From Octopus bimaculoides (Eukaryota), in the NCBI RefSeq assembly GCF_001194135.2, contig NC_068985.1, positions 106,663,102 to 106,727,101 of the forward strand: a stretch of DNA of 64,000 nt. The letters run 5' to 3'. Made by a program: the position numbers and the translations under genes. Positions within the stretch are counted from its first letter, which is position 1; the number at the start of each line of letters is the position of its first letter. The notes under the pieces are model-generated. The model worked only from the letters and a program-made list of their open reading frames with translations, was not told the origin of the DNA and made no database searches. This document shows, in pieces, positions 1 through 13,759 of the stretch.

Positions 1-844
1 AGGGTTAAGAGATAGTTTTGGAAAGGACAGCTTCACTTTTTTGCTTAAAGGTTCAACCATCATATTGAGTAAATATCAGAAAACTACACTAGCACACACA
101 CACACAAAAAAAAGCCTATGGGGTTGAAATGCTCATAATGTAATAATACACACACACACACATGCATGTGTGTGTGTATCAATCTCTATACACACACACA
201 CACATACAAATGCTTATGAGATGATATGTGGAAAATTTCATTTAATATTTGTATGGTTTTACACAAATGTTCTTTATTTGCATAAACTAGCATGTTGACT
301 GATGTAACAATTTCACTAATTATTGAAATGGTTGTAACTGGTTAATAAATATGATACCGTCATTTGTATTCTTTTGTCTATGTTTACACTCTGTGGGGGA
401 TGCACCAATCTCATAATTAGTATATTTCTTTGGATTTCAAATTTGTATGCATCTTTTGGATAAATGAAATACTAAATCTAATTTTCCTTCCTATACATTC
501 TGTTAGATTGGATTTCACATGGAGTGCTAACTGAGATACTCACCTGGATTTCCTAAATCCCTATCCCCTTACTATGTGTATGTGTGTGTGCGTGCGTATG
601 TGTGTGTGTGTGTGTGTATCATTTTTAATCAGCAGAAACTTACAAAAGTGACTCAAGGGCTAAAAGTTTTATGCATGAGACGAAACTTTCGGCTGTCAAG
701 TACCTTTTGAAACTTTCTGATGATTAAAAATAATAAAAATATATATATACTCATGCACATAGTTGTATTTACCCTGTTCAGTCAAACCTACACACACACA
801 CACACACACATACATTAACAGATACAAACACATATAATAGTTAC

Positions 845-1000
845 AGGTGTGGTTAAGAAGTTCAATTTTCAATCACATGATTTCAGATTCAGCCCAACTG
901 TTCAACACCCCAAGCAGGTGCTTTCTAGCATAACCCTAAGCTGACCAAAGCCTTCTCAATGGATTTGGCAAACAGAAACTGAAAGAAGCGCATCATATGT
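845..1000 (+). mobile_element. tRNA-derived SINE, family A, degenerate
   Basis: gtggttaagaag…gattcagccc…ctgaccaaagcctt…ggatttggcaaacagaaactgaaagaagc, followed by (TG)n. Confidence 0.75.
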
Positions 1001-1007
1001 ATGTATT

Positions 1008-1010
<3 letters not shown>

Positions 1011-1085
<75 letters not shown>

Positions 1086-1368
1086 TGTTTGAACATGTAT
1101 ATGCCGGTGTGTTTGTTTATCTTTGCACTTCCATGGGTGGTAACAGTATTGTCATTTTCCCTGTCAACAGGTTGTACACTGTACCTTTCAAGATGTGTAG
1201 AATAAGATATCACATACTTGTGAGACAAGTATGGGCTAACAAATGGAAGAACATCCAGCTACAAAATAATGCCTTAATAATATATTCCTGTAACCCTTAG
1301 TAGCATAGAAAAACAAACATAAAAATGAATGAATACACATAAAAATATACACACACATATTATATATA

Positions 1369-1446
<78 letters not shown>

Positions 1447-1632
1447 GTGAGAGAGCTGTATACATGTGTGCATATATATATATATATCTATATATATATA
1501 CAAACATCTTTGTTTGCAATGTCCTGTACCCATATATGCACCTATATATACAGGTAGATGTAGGTATGCACATACTTGTATGTATATATGCATATACTCA
1601 TCCATGCTAGCATGGAAAGCGGACGTTAAACG

Positions 1633-1673
<41 letters not shown>

Positions 1674-1760
1674 AACATATATATAAACACATATATACAG
1701 ACACATCTATATCTTCATCCATACATATGTGTACACATGTATACACACACACACGCACTC
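1011..1760. repeat. (TG)n and (TA)n microsatellite cluster, representative of many in the window
   Basis: Direct reading. Similar tracts at about 21820-21895, 24320-24420, 30575-30660, 31110-31162, 32620-32870, 40450-40540 and 53610-53700. Confidence 0.97.
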
Positions 1761-2544
1761 TTTGTACTTGATTTATTTAAACAGTTTCAAAAATAAGTGA
1801 TTGAGGGTTTACCTAATAAAGTTTACAGAACCTTCTGTTATTAAAAAAATACAGTAAATAAATTTTGAGAGGGTGTTTTCTGTTACATAATTTAAGAAGC
1901 CAACAAAATGAGACACCTTTTTGCTGAATTGTATATTCTATATGGAATATTAAATAAAGGTAAATTAACTTTTAAGCATGCTCCAAGCAACTATGGTTGA
2001 CATGTTTATGCTGTACTACCTATGACAAACCATGCTGTCAATGAAATATAAACTGAATTTTCACCTCCCAGAGTGGTATGTATTTGTAAAGTAGTCAGAT
2101 TTGAGTGTTTACAACTACTGCATAATTAATATCAATAATAATATAGCATTGTTGGTGTAGGCAGTTGTTGTTGTTTAGAAAACTAAAGGTTAAGCAAAGT
2201 GAATGACGTTTTAATTTTAAAACATGTTAGGTCACACTCTGGAAATAAGTTATTAAAATGTAAATATTATGAAATTAGGAAAGATTGATTTTAATGAAAA
2301 CAAATATGGCAGAATTAATTGAAATTTAAATTGTTAAATTAATAATTCATTCTTTTAAATTTAGAAATTATTTTTTCTTATTAATGCATTTGTTAATCAG
2401 AGTTACTCTGTATATCAGGTATATTTATTACAAAAAATATATATATAATATTGGTATAAGATAGTTGCAAAGCTGAGAAATCATTTCAAGGTGACGATAC
2501 TATATAAAGAGCATAGAGTTTGAAAAGATATCTCTAATTACACA

Positions 2545-2584
<40 letters not shown>

Positions 2585-5500
2585 GCACACACAATGAAAC
2601 CTATCTTAAAACTGATGAAGAGTACAGATTATATTGAGAACAGGGAAATAAATTGCATGAAACTTTAAATAAAAATATCTTTTCAGAGTGACAGCTTATT
2701 ATCAACAGATTAATTTACAGAGAAGACAAATTATTTTGTAAGAAATTTAAGATATTTAACAATAACATGCTGAACATTATATATATATATATATATGCAT
2801 ATGTTCACAGTAACATGTTTTTGCTTCTTATTGAAATGTTGATATTTAAAGAAATGCAGAATATTTGAAAAGAAATGTATTAGTTTGTAATGTTTCAGTA
2901 TGTAACATGCCATATAGTAGAATTTTGTGGAAATTAAATAATTGAGATAGGAGAAAACAATTGACAAGTCACTGTACAGAACTGAATTATCTTAACAAGT
3001 TATAGAGACATTACATTTAAAATACAATAAAAAAAATAGAAATTAAGAGAGACTCAGGAAACAGTAGTAGTAATAGTAGTAGCAATAGTAGTAGTAATAA
3101 CATTAAGTGGCAAATATCAGGTAGCTAAAATATTTAAGTAAAACAATCTTAGTTTGAAGAAAATGAAAAGAAAGTCAGATGCTAATAATTAAAGTTCTCA
3201 GTGAAATTAAACTTTAAACGCAACCCTTACACACTATACCCACAAAAGGTGGTCAAGGTTAGCTAGGTTACAAAAAACTTAAACGTCACTCACCAAAATA
3301 AGAATACTAACAAAAGGAGATGTTATATTTTTAAAATAAATTTTAGTGACATATTTCATAGAATTTAAATAACTGCTAATGTATTCATGTGATTGTTGCA
3401 GTATTGGAACAGTATAATATAAGAGTCTGGTTAGGGTTTACTGAAATATCAACAGACATAACTAAATATCTAAGTTCAAAACTATTACCAGTGTAACAAA
3501 AGATATGCTAACTGGATGTAATTAGCTGCTCTGTTCTACAATATTTTGTAATGCAAGGTATTTCTTAAATAGCTGTGATGATACAGTTGGATTTAACTGG
3601 CTTGCATCCATTTTTTAAAATCTGAGAAGCTTGAGCTATATGGTATATTTTAATTAACATAATTTGATGATTTTGTAAATATTCTGTTAATTCATTTAAA
3701 GAATGTCTAAATGACTGAAATGGATTGTAATTAAGATTATAATTCTCTGGAACCTCATCTTTACAATATTTATACCTATATTATGATTTAACCAATATCA
3801 TCTACAATTGCCATCAAATATCTTATTCCTGGATCTCTAAACTCTATCCAAGACTTGATTTTTGAATCCTCATTTCTTAAATAATGTCCTTACCCACTAA
3901 GTACATGCACCAGTGGCCTAGTAGATAAAGATATTATCCCTAGTTTAGAAATAATCTGAAAAATTATCATTTTAATCAATTATAGAATATTTCCATAACC
4001 TAATATTTGTTATCCAGCTTAAAGAAACCATAACTTTCCATAAATTTCACATTTATTAAAACCCTTCCCATGACCATATATTTATCATTCAATCTATAAT
4101 GATTGTAGTTATTTCTATGTAGATAACTACATCCTTAGTTATTCAGAGAAAATAAAACAAATATTCATTTCACCAAAGTTGTCTATAATTCTTAAAAACA
4201 AAATTTTGTTCTATTTTGACATCCAGTTTCTTCTCATGTAAAGAGGTTGGATAATTTTGAGAATTCCAATAGCTACACAGACAGTTTCAAGTAACTGTAA
4301 TTGCTTGTGTTTAATACTAATTCAGCAGATCCAGAAGACCTGCTATAAAAGGTATCCTAGCAGCAACCATCTCATCCTTTATTTAGATATATATGTATCT
4401 AGGACTACATAATGCAATGTGTGTTTAAGGAAGATTTGGCTTCTATTTCTAGCAGGTTGAGGAACCATATAGCACCCATGTTGACTTATAAAGTTGCTGT
4501 TTTACTGGAATCATTTCTAATGTGAATTATTTCACCACAATAATATAGAAGTCCATTGCCATTTTACAGTCCCCAGGAAAATGATAAAAGTGCAATACAA
4601 TGCTTATTGGGAATACTTAGTCTGGGCCTGAAATACAAGACATGTAGCAGGGCATCTGAGAAGAGTTACGTGATGTGAGCTGTAATCATATTGGAGCAAA
4701 GGTCACAGCCAGAAGAACAGATCTCTTTATAATTCAAAGAACAGAAAGAATATTTCAGTGGAGTAAATAAATTAAATTATCCTTAATCAAATCTTTCTCT
4801 GACCTAATTACCTCCTTTTGATTAGCATAGATTAGATGAGTGATAACTCAAAATGCAAACAAGTCTAAATTATTCAAGAGCAAAACAACTATATATGATA
4901 AATTAATAGAACTGTCTATTCAATCGCACATTTCCAATATCAAGATGATGATTGACAATAAATATTCAGCATAATTTTAACTAAAATTTTCTTTAAACTT
5001 TGCTTAAAACAGTATCAATGTTTACAGGTGTTCTGTGACAAATAAGCTGAAGATAAAATTGTGTGTCTATGTTTGTGAGTGGTTGAAAACATTTCCATCA
5101 CAATGAAGAGTAAACCAATTATATTTGATGGAGGAACTGTAAAATTGAACAGACAAGTTATTATGAAGAAATTTATGTCAAATTAAGAAAAACTCAAAAG
5201 AAAGAAAAACACTAGTTTAAGATACAGAGTCAAATCAATAGCAATCATAACAAAACAGTCTCATGTTGTTAATAAATGTTATTCAGACCTCCACACACAT
5301 ACACACCACCACACACATGGAGTTAAAATGGAAATTAAGTGATCACAATAGCAGTTAAGGTCAGAATTTCTTAACATTATCTGCATTGATATATTGTTAA
5401 GAACTACTGTTAACTCTTCCTTGATTATATTTCTACTAAGGGCCGTTTAAAGTGTTTCTATATTATCAAAACTTTATTGATACATATGTTGGAAAGGCAA

Positions 5501-5782
5501 ACTAGCATGTATATCCTATTGATGTTATCTTATATATATTTTCATATATATGATATATATATATATACCAAGGTAAACACATAAATGTGAAACAAGGTGG
5601 AAAAAATAGCATTTGAATACTGGAAGTAGAGTAATATGCTTTATTAATAAAGCTGCAAAGACAACACAAAAACTGCTACTCAGAATTTCACATTCTGAAC
5701 CAACTGTCCAACAAATGGGAACATGAAACTCTGAGTAACAATTTTTATAGTGTATTTGCAGCTTTATTAATAAAGTATGGAT

Positions 5783-5845
<63 letters not shown>

Positions 5846-6664
5846 NNNNNNNNNNNNNNNNNNNNNNNNNNNNNNNNNNNNNNNNNNNNNNNNNNNNNNN
5901 NNNNNNNNNNNNNNNNNNNNNNNNNNNNNNNNNNNNNNNNNNNNNNNNNNNNNNNNNNNNNNNNNNNNNNNNNNNNNNNNNNNNNNNNNNNNNNNNNNNN
6001 NNNNNNNNNNNNNNNNNNNNNNNNNNNNNNNNNNNNNNNNNNNNNNNNNNNNNNNNNNNNNNNNNNNNNNNNNNNNNNNNNNNNNNNNNNNNNNNNNNNN
6101 NNNNNNNNNNNNNNNNNNNNNNNNNNNNNNNNNNNNNNNNNNNNNNNNNNNNNNNNNNNNNNNNNNNNNNNNNNNNNNNNNNNNNNNNNNNNNNNNNNNN
6201 NNNNNNNNNNNNNNNNNNNNNNNNNNNNNNNNNNNNNNNNNNNNNNNNNNNNNNNNNNNNNNNNNNNNNNNNNNNNNNNNNNNNNNNNNNNNNNNNNNNN
6301 NNNNNNNNNNNNNNNNNNNNNNNNNNNNNNNNNNNNNNNNNNNNNNNNNNNNNNNNNNNNNNNNNNNNNNNNNNNNNNNNNNNNNNNNNNNNNNNNNNNN
6401 NNNNNNNNNNNNNNNNNNNNNNNNNNNNNNNNNNNNNNNNNNNNNNNNNNNNNNNNNNNNNNNNNNNNNNNNNNNNNNNNNNNNNNNNNNNNNNNNNNNN
6501 NNNNNNNNNNNNNNNNNNNNNNNNNNNNNNNNNNNNNNNNNNNNNNNNNNNNNNNNNNNNNNNNNNNNNNNNNNNNNNNNNNNNNNNNNNNNNNNNNNNN
6601 NNNNNNNNNNNNNNNNNNNNNNNNNNNNNNNNNNNNNNNNNNNNNNNNNNNNNNNNNNNNNNNN
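5846..6664. other. Assembly gap (N run)
   Basis: Other gaps: 14148-14157, 31163-31558, 32721-32827 and 62534-62633. Confidence 1.
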
Positions 6665-9659
6665 TGTGTATATATAATGTTGGTATTGATTAATATTTAT
6701 ATATCATGTTAGTGCTGATTAACTGACATAACTGTTGCTGGTGTTAAGTAGCATGTAGTCTGTTGGTCAAATGAAAGAGGAGCAGGTTAAAAGCTTCACC
6801 ATTGAAGTTATGCTAGTTGTTGCTCAAATAGCAAGACAAACAAGTGTCATTGCAAAAACAAAAAGAAATCTGAAAATATTTGTCACCAAAAACAGACTTT
6901 AATGAAATACAAGCAGAAGATAATGGTAGAAACTGGTGAAATTAACTTTCGTGATTTTAGTGCAAAAGCCAAAATAAATTTACTTCTCATTAATTCACCA
7001 TTTCCTTCTCGTGATTGAAAAATGCCAGTTTATATTTTAAAATAGACAGCTAGAATAACACAACAGACTACTAATTACTTGATAATAAGTTAAAATCTAA
7101 TGAATACAACCACTGTTTTTGTGCAGCTAGGATATATAAATTCTGCTTGCTTCAGTCTGACTGGCTAGTGAGAAGTTCCATGCCTACTTCATTGCTGAGT
7201 GGTTCATGGGTGAGCTATAGAAAAACTGCTCCCCATCCTGTCCATACTAGTATGGCCATAAAAATATCAGCCAAGTGAAAGAAAACAGTAAAATAAGTAG
7301 GGAATTTTCGTAGAAAAAATATTTTTATCTCTATTACACACCTACTATCTTTCATCTAAGGGAACTGTGACAAGTATTTTTTATGTAATTTAGTAGTTTT
7401 ATTCCATAAAAATTAATTATAAGCCAAATGAGATTTCTTTGTCTTAAAAAAAAAAAAAAAAAAAAAAAAAATCTTGGGAAGACCTTAGCAATATTTAAGC
7501 TTCAATTCTGACCAGCTAATGAATTAATTTTGCTATCATGCAGCTTTATGTTAGAAACATTAGTTATACTACAGGACATGAAGTCAGTGATTTAGAATTT
7601 TGGAAAGAATTATACAACAAATTGTCAGACATAGTTGTCCCAAACACTGTTCCTAACAAGGAGGAAAGATAAAGAAAAAAAAAAAGAAAAGAAAAAAGAA
7701 AACAGGTAGCTCGTTTATTTACACATTTTGATATTGTATTGTTTATTATATAAACAAAGAGTCAAGTCAGTTCCTCTCAAATAAGATAGACATGATAGAA
7801 GTAGTATTAAATATAAAACAGAAACCATTGGTAAAAAGCAACAGCCAACATTTAGGAAATCAAACTGAAATAATTGAGAACGTAAACAAAAGGCATCAGA
7901 GGCAATTAGGGCAATTATATTTGTGGCAAAAGGTAGGTATATGTATATTTTGCAAGTGAAGCTACAGTAGAGATTTTTCTAATGAAAAGTGAAGTTAAAG
8001 CTGACTAAGTGAGTTGAGAGATTGACAGTACAGCAATGTAAACTCTTAATCAAGTATGGCCTCAACCAAAATATAATCCAAAAATAATTTGAGATAACAA
8101 ACTCTTTTAGCAGGAATGACTGAAATACTGGATCTTTCTTTTAAAAGAATTAAACTGAGACCATAACTGACTGAAAATCCTTGTCTATGAATGGTTAGAA
8201 GTTTAGTAGCATATTTTTGCAACACTCTGGAGTATTAAAGATCATCTTCAGATATTTAGCAATTTCTGTTTTATTTAATATTTACCTCCAAAATCAGGTT
8301 CCTAATTATAGCTTTAATTAGAGGCATTGACATAAATATAGTTATGACATGTTGATATTCTTCTCTAAGGAACTTCATATCAGGTTAGTTATCAAAGTAT
8401 AAGTTCATACTCAACACAGGTAACAATAAATGAACTTATAGTCATAATGACAAACTTCCAGTTACCTGTATGGTCAACATATACAATCTTGTTGGCTGGT
8501 CATTTGAATGGGATTACTAAGAGGTATCAAAAAGACTGTTAAACTATCTTTCCTGATCTGCCATTACTATATTACACTGGAGAGAACAGACACAACTAAT
8601 TCAACAGGTCTCAGAGAAGAGCAAAGCTGAAGAAAGAAACAGTTGCAGAAATTTTGGGATCCAAAAGGGCATAAAACTGACTTTTGGATAATGTTTTCCT
8701 GAGTAGATGCTAACATAATGATAGCTGACCCTACTTTATAACATTTTCTAGGTCTGCTGCTAAAATAATATCTGGTTCTAAGAGGAATAGTTATCACCAA
8801 GATACTGCAGTCTAAACTGAACAAAAATTATGCAAAAAGGTTCTCAATCATCTCACCAATGCTAAGGTCAGTATTATATAATTGTTAACAGACTTCAATT
8901 TGTTAACATGGTAAAGTGTAACACATAAAGGATCCTGTTACAAGAATTTGGTCACATCACATCATCAGTCATATTGACACTGTCAATGATTTCAGTAAAG
9001 ATATCAATGTGAATTTGTTAAATACTTCTTTAATACTGAAAAAGCAGATTTGTGTAAGAAATTCTTAGAAGAAACCACAAATGATCACTGTGATGATGAA
9101 GTGCTGAATAGCTAAGAACATCTCCATTATAGCATTTGGCAGTGTTTTTCAGTACTGGTAGAAATGTCATATGCATCTTAAGTCTGACTGATTGACAGAT
9201 TATTTAGTTTCAAAACTTACAACATTCAGTATTAGCAATTCAACAGACAAATATAGAACAATATATAATTATAAATCAGACCAGCTCCACTGTGTCAGAA
9301 TCTAATGTTGACAACAATCACCAGAAAAGACTGAGTTTCAATTATGGTATGACTATTATAAAGATGTCCATCAATCATTTCACTACACTGACTTCAGGTA
9401 CTGTAAAATTGCTGCATTTCTCTTCTAATCTTACAAAAACAGTGTCTTGTTGAGCAGGGCAAGGGGTAATAACACAGCATCAAACTCTAGCACAGTTGTT
9501 CTGTCACTGCTCAAATGCCCTTAACTCTAAGCTCAGTCTGTTAATGTGTGATAGCCTGAAACTACAGGAAAAACAACAACAAAAACAAAAAAAAAAAAAG
9601 GAAAATTGGAAAAGCCAAGGTGAAATGCTTGATATAGTTATCACACTATTTGGACTTAC

Positions 9660-9668
9660 CTTTGTTTA
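9660..9668 (-). CDS. CaMKII: Candidate 9-nt microexon (TAAACAAAG) in the CaMKII variable linker
   Basis: Polypyrimidine tract tcattctttgttgctttctttgtgtggtatag, donor AAG|gtaagt, upstream CTAAT branch-like motif and TGCATG. Frame-preserving. No transcript evidence. Confidence 0.45.
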
Positions 9669-10476
9669 CTATACCACACAAAGAAAGCAACAAAGAATGA
9701 CATATATGTAAATTAGCATGCATTTTCCGATATGACATCAACTAATGTTCAATGGAAGAGAACAGACAGTCAATTAATGGTCCTGCTACCATAAATGTAT
9801 TTAATAACTTAACTCTGCATTAAAAAATCCTTCTACAGCAGGGTTATAAGATAAGATTTTTAAAAGTATTTGTCACACACTTACTGAAAAATCACTCCAG
9901 CTGATAAGTTAAATATTTTGTAATAATTGCAGACACTTACATTAATATTAATGTTAGGGCAGAGTGTATTTCTGTTTAGTAAATATTGTTAACACAGATT
10001 AAGAATTGAGTATTATAATACACAACAGATTCTTAGTAGAACAGACCAGTTCCCAGTGAGGGAAGGAACTTTCTAAGAATGTGAGGTTCCATTTTATGTG
10101 AAGATTAATTCTCACTTCAAACTTCCACTGACTTGCAGAAAGGAAAGCCTGGTTTTCTTTACAGGGTAGGACTCTAAGCTGATTATATAAGAATCAAATA
10201 ACATGAAACATAATTTAAAACAAAAAGATAAATGGAACATTACAACTCTAATAAGGTATTTAAAAGGAACCATGATATATTTAGTAATCAAATCATATAT
10301 GAATTGATATGGTGGTATATTTTGTTTCCAGTTTCAATGTCCCATAAACAATATATAGTTGTGCTTGTAAACTTTCCATGTATAAACATGTTCATTAGTG
10401 CCCAAGAAAGAAAGAAATTCAGATCAGAGAAATGATAGTGGAGAAAAAAATTATAAACACATAGAATGGAACTTAC

Positions 10477-10519
10477 TGGAGAAGTTTCTGGTTGCCAGCA
10501 TAGTGGTAAGAATAACACC
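10477..10519 (-). CDS. CaMKII: CaMKII calmodulin-binding exon with the Thr305/306-equivalent sites: GVILTTMLATRNFS
   Basis: Acceptor ...tctctttctctcactttgcag, donor gtaagt, 43 nt, phase 0/1. Confidence 0.95.
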
Positions 10520-13500
10520 CTGCAAAGTGAGAGAAAGAGAAATGATAAACACTGTTGATCAACTGATTCTTGAATAACTGTATGGAAGTCTTTGGTCTGG
10601 CAATACAAAATGTATTTATGTAGTGTCAGATGAAAAGGTTTACCATCAATAGAAATGTAAATTTTGTAGCCAGTATAAGAGATAAAATATTGGAATATAG
10701 ATAATCAGTAAATTTCTTTATGAGTCAGCAATATATCTGTATTTCCAAAAAATGTTTATACTGTATTGGGGATAGAGTTAGAGTTGAGCTGATCGAGTTG
10801 TGTTAGAATATACATATATTTTCATTGTTGGGACAGTCCAGAAGCAGTGCAGCATGTTGAGGTTGTTGAACCTTGGAAAATTAAATGGCTATGTCATTCC
10901 ATAAAGCTGCTATATTACATTGCAATATATATGTCTCTACATGATATAAGATAGGAGTAAGTGAAGTAGCCGGTATAACAGTAAGGGAACACTGAAATCT
11001 CACTGAACATATCTTGTAATGACAATATATATGCTTGCACCAATTTTCTAACTATCTGAGTCTGAAGGATGGCCTTTGAAGGTTCTCTTAGACAGGTGAA
11101 ATTGATGTCATTGATGTTACTCTTGAGCTTCTGTAAATCAACACTAAACAGGAAAGATATGGGAGGGAGAAAATCCCAAACTTTTGTGAAGAAAGGACAT
11201 TGGTAATAATGAAGACATAGCTGCAAAATCTCACTCAAATCACACCTTAATGTATTAAAGGCAGAGTACACTGGAAAATTTAGTCTTGCGATGTCTGACT
11301 AAAAGATAAGTCTATCAAGACAGGTACACTTTTGCTCTTAGGTCAACTCGATCAAAGTAGACTTGGGACCAAACAACAATAATATCATGCACTCCTGCTC
11401 GTAGCATTTTTGTCTTTTTAAATGCAAGCTATCATCATCCATGTTGATGGTTGGATATCCTTCCTAACTCCATATAAATAATGAAAATGACAAAAGTATA
11501 TATCTGGTAGAAGTTATAACCCTGAGTGATTATAAAGTTCTTATGCAAAATTTAACTTATGGTATGACTTTAAAGGTAATATTTATTGCCAATTAAACAT
11601 GGATGTTCTGTTAGAACAAGCTAAACTGTGGTAGATACCATGAGAAACTCTTATATTGGTGTAAAATGCACACTTGTTTATATAGCTAGCAGGGAAATAA
11701 ATCCCTGCCATTTTGAGTGCCAAGACCACCAGATTTCGACCTTCCTTCATTGTTTTAACAGAACACTTACATTCAAATGACAATAGATATTACCTCTTGG
11801 TATTAATACTCTGTCACTAATATCTATTTTTTTGACAAGGTATGACTTCTCGTTCCATGTGTGAGAACTAACCTAAGAAAAGGATAGTAGAAAGAATCTA
11901 ACACATTTTAAAACAGATTTACTCCTGGCATTCTATTTTTCAATGTCTCCCTCATCATTAATGGAAAACCATTTTTAAAGTTCTAGAAACATGTTAAGCA
12001 GCTGGTTATCATTTATACCGTAAGTCACATTTGTTATCCTAACCCAGTAACTTTACGTGTTCCAATAAAATTAAGTTAAAGTAATTAAGAAATTAAAAAA
12101 AATTAATTGTAGTAAATTCTTTGACTAATGATGAAATAGATGCACAAGCCTTATAAATGTTCTTTACAGATTCATTCTTCTGTATAGAGGAGTAAAACTA
12201 CAAAAATATTAAAGTCTTATAATAATCTTGCATATTGGACACATATGAAACCAGATGGTCAGATGCAATATATATATACAACATATGTGGTAAGTATCAA
12301 GCAGATGTTACATATACTCAGCAGATGTGATATACACCAGGTAGATGTTGTACGTATGTGTGAGAGATGAAACGTGAGCCTTTTTAAAAAAAAATCTTTT
12401 TCTTGTGAGGGAAATACACACACACATATACATACACAAATATATATATATATAGTTATATTTTGGGATGGTCTTTATTTTCTTGCCAAATAAACGCACA
12501 CGCACTAGTGCATGTGTTTATTTGGCAAGAAAAAAAATGTCAACCCGAAATAAAATAATATCTGTTTCAATACACTATTACACACCAGGAATCTGGCAAA
12601 ACAAATATACATATATATATATGCATGTATGCATGTATGTTTGTATGTATTGTGCAGAATTATGCTACTGTTGCTGCTGCTGAGCCCTGCATCAGTATGG
12701 ATCCAATATCTTCATGATCAAAGACATCCTTGTCATGACCATCCACTCTTTTTACAGACAGTCTATTCAATGCGATTTTTCTTTTGTAAGATAATAAAGT
12801 GGGATGTGAGAGGTAGTTGGCTGCTATTTCTTGCAGGTTAAGCAAAGCATATAGGCTTTTTTGGTGACTCATAGTATATTACGTTTTCATATATGATCTA
12901 GAATATTATGCTTCAAAGTAATGTTAAAAAAAAAGAAAGAAATTGCGCAGAAGTATTACAATCTAAACATATATACCTACAATATAAATCAAGCAATAAT
13001 ATATCATTATACTATAAAAAATGTTAGTATACAGTATACTAGAATACTATTTCAAATATTACAAGTGAAACATATGTGCTATGTTCACCTACAATACTAT
13101 TTAGCAAACATTAGAAAGAAACATATGTAGCAAAACTGTGTACAGAACTTCAAAATTTTTCTACACGATACATGTCATGTATTTAATTATAGTATATAAA
13201 AAGAAAAAAGCAGTAGAACTACTGTAGATGTGTATTAGTAGTTAAATCTAAATGTATACACGTTATTATCTACATAAACCTAGTGATCTGAAATAAAAAT
13301 TAGACATTTTTTTCTTGTTTGCTTTGCAAATGTAGAAGGAACTAAACTTGAACAACAACAACAACTATATAACTACACCAAAAGAAAATTAAGTAATTTT
13401 ACCTTATGTAAAGTCTCAAGGATTTGAGTAAAGCTTTACAGACAGCGAAATAGTTTTACTGTGCAAGGTGAGTGTTGGCAAGAGAGAGCCAATGTTCTTA

Positions 13501-13759
13501 TCTCAGTGTGACACAAAGTTCAAGTGAACTTAACTGATAAACCAAAGCTGATAACTGACTGCATGAAGCACTGAATTAATTTATATTTAACTGCTTTATA
13601 ACAGTCCTTTAACATCATGTCTAGAAAAGCAGCTTCAGCAGGATTTACTTCTTCTTATTAAGCTACTGTTAAAATTCAAGTAGAAAAACCTCAACATTTT
13701 AAGATATCCATCTAGTGGTGTCAGTGTGATGCAATGCATTATATATAATATATATAAAC

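Noticed and set aside
1001-1771. Many ORFs of CVCV, YIYI or HTHT type here and throughout, plus X-rich ORFs
   Set aside because: Translations of dinucleotide microsatellites and N gaps.
3294-3306. 13-nt pseudo-exon (ttttgttag|TATTCTTATTTTG|gtgagt)
   Set aside because: Not a multiple of three, and the peptide is unlike the CaMKII linker. Would need junction reads.
9885-9900. 16-nt pseudo-exon (cag|CTGGAGTGATTTTTCA|gtaagt)
   Set aside because: Frame-shifting with a poor pyrimidine tract. Chance splice-like pairs are common in AT-rich introns.
12660-12872. 70-aa minus-strand ORF that looks coding-like, inside the intron between the regulatory exons
   Set aside because: No recognisable homology and a weak pyrimidine tract. 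Its possible acceptors are phase 1 while the upstream donor is phase 0.
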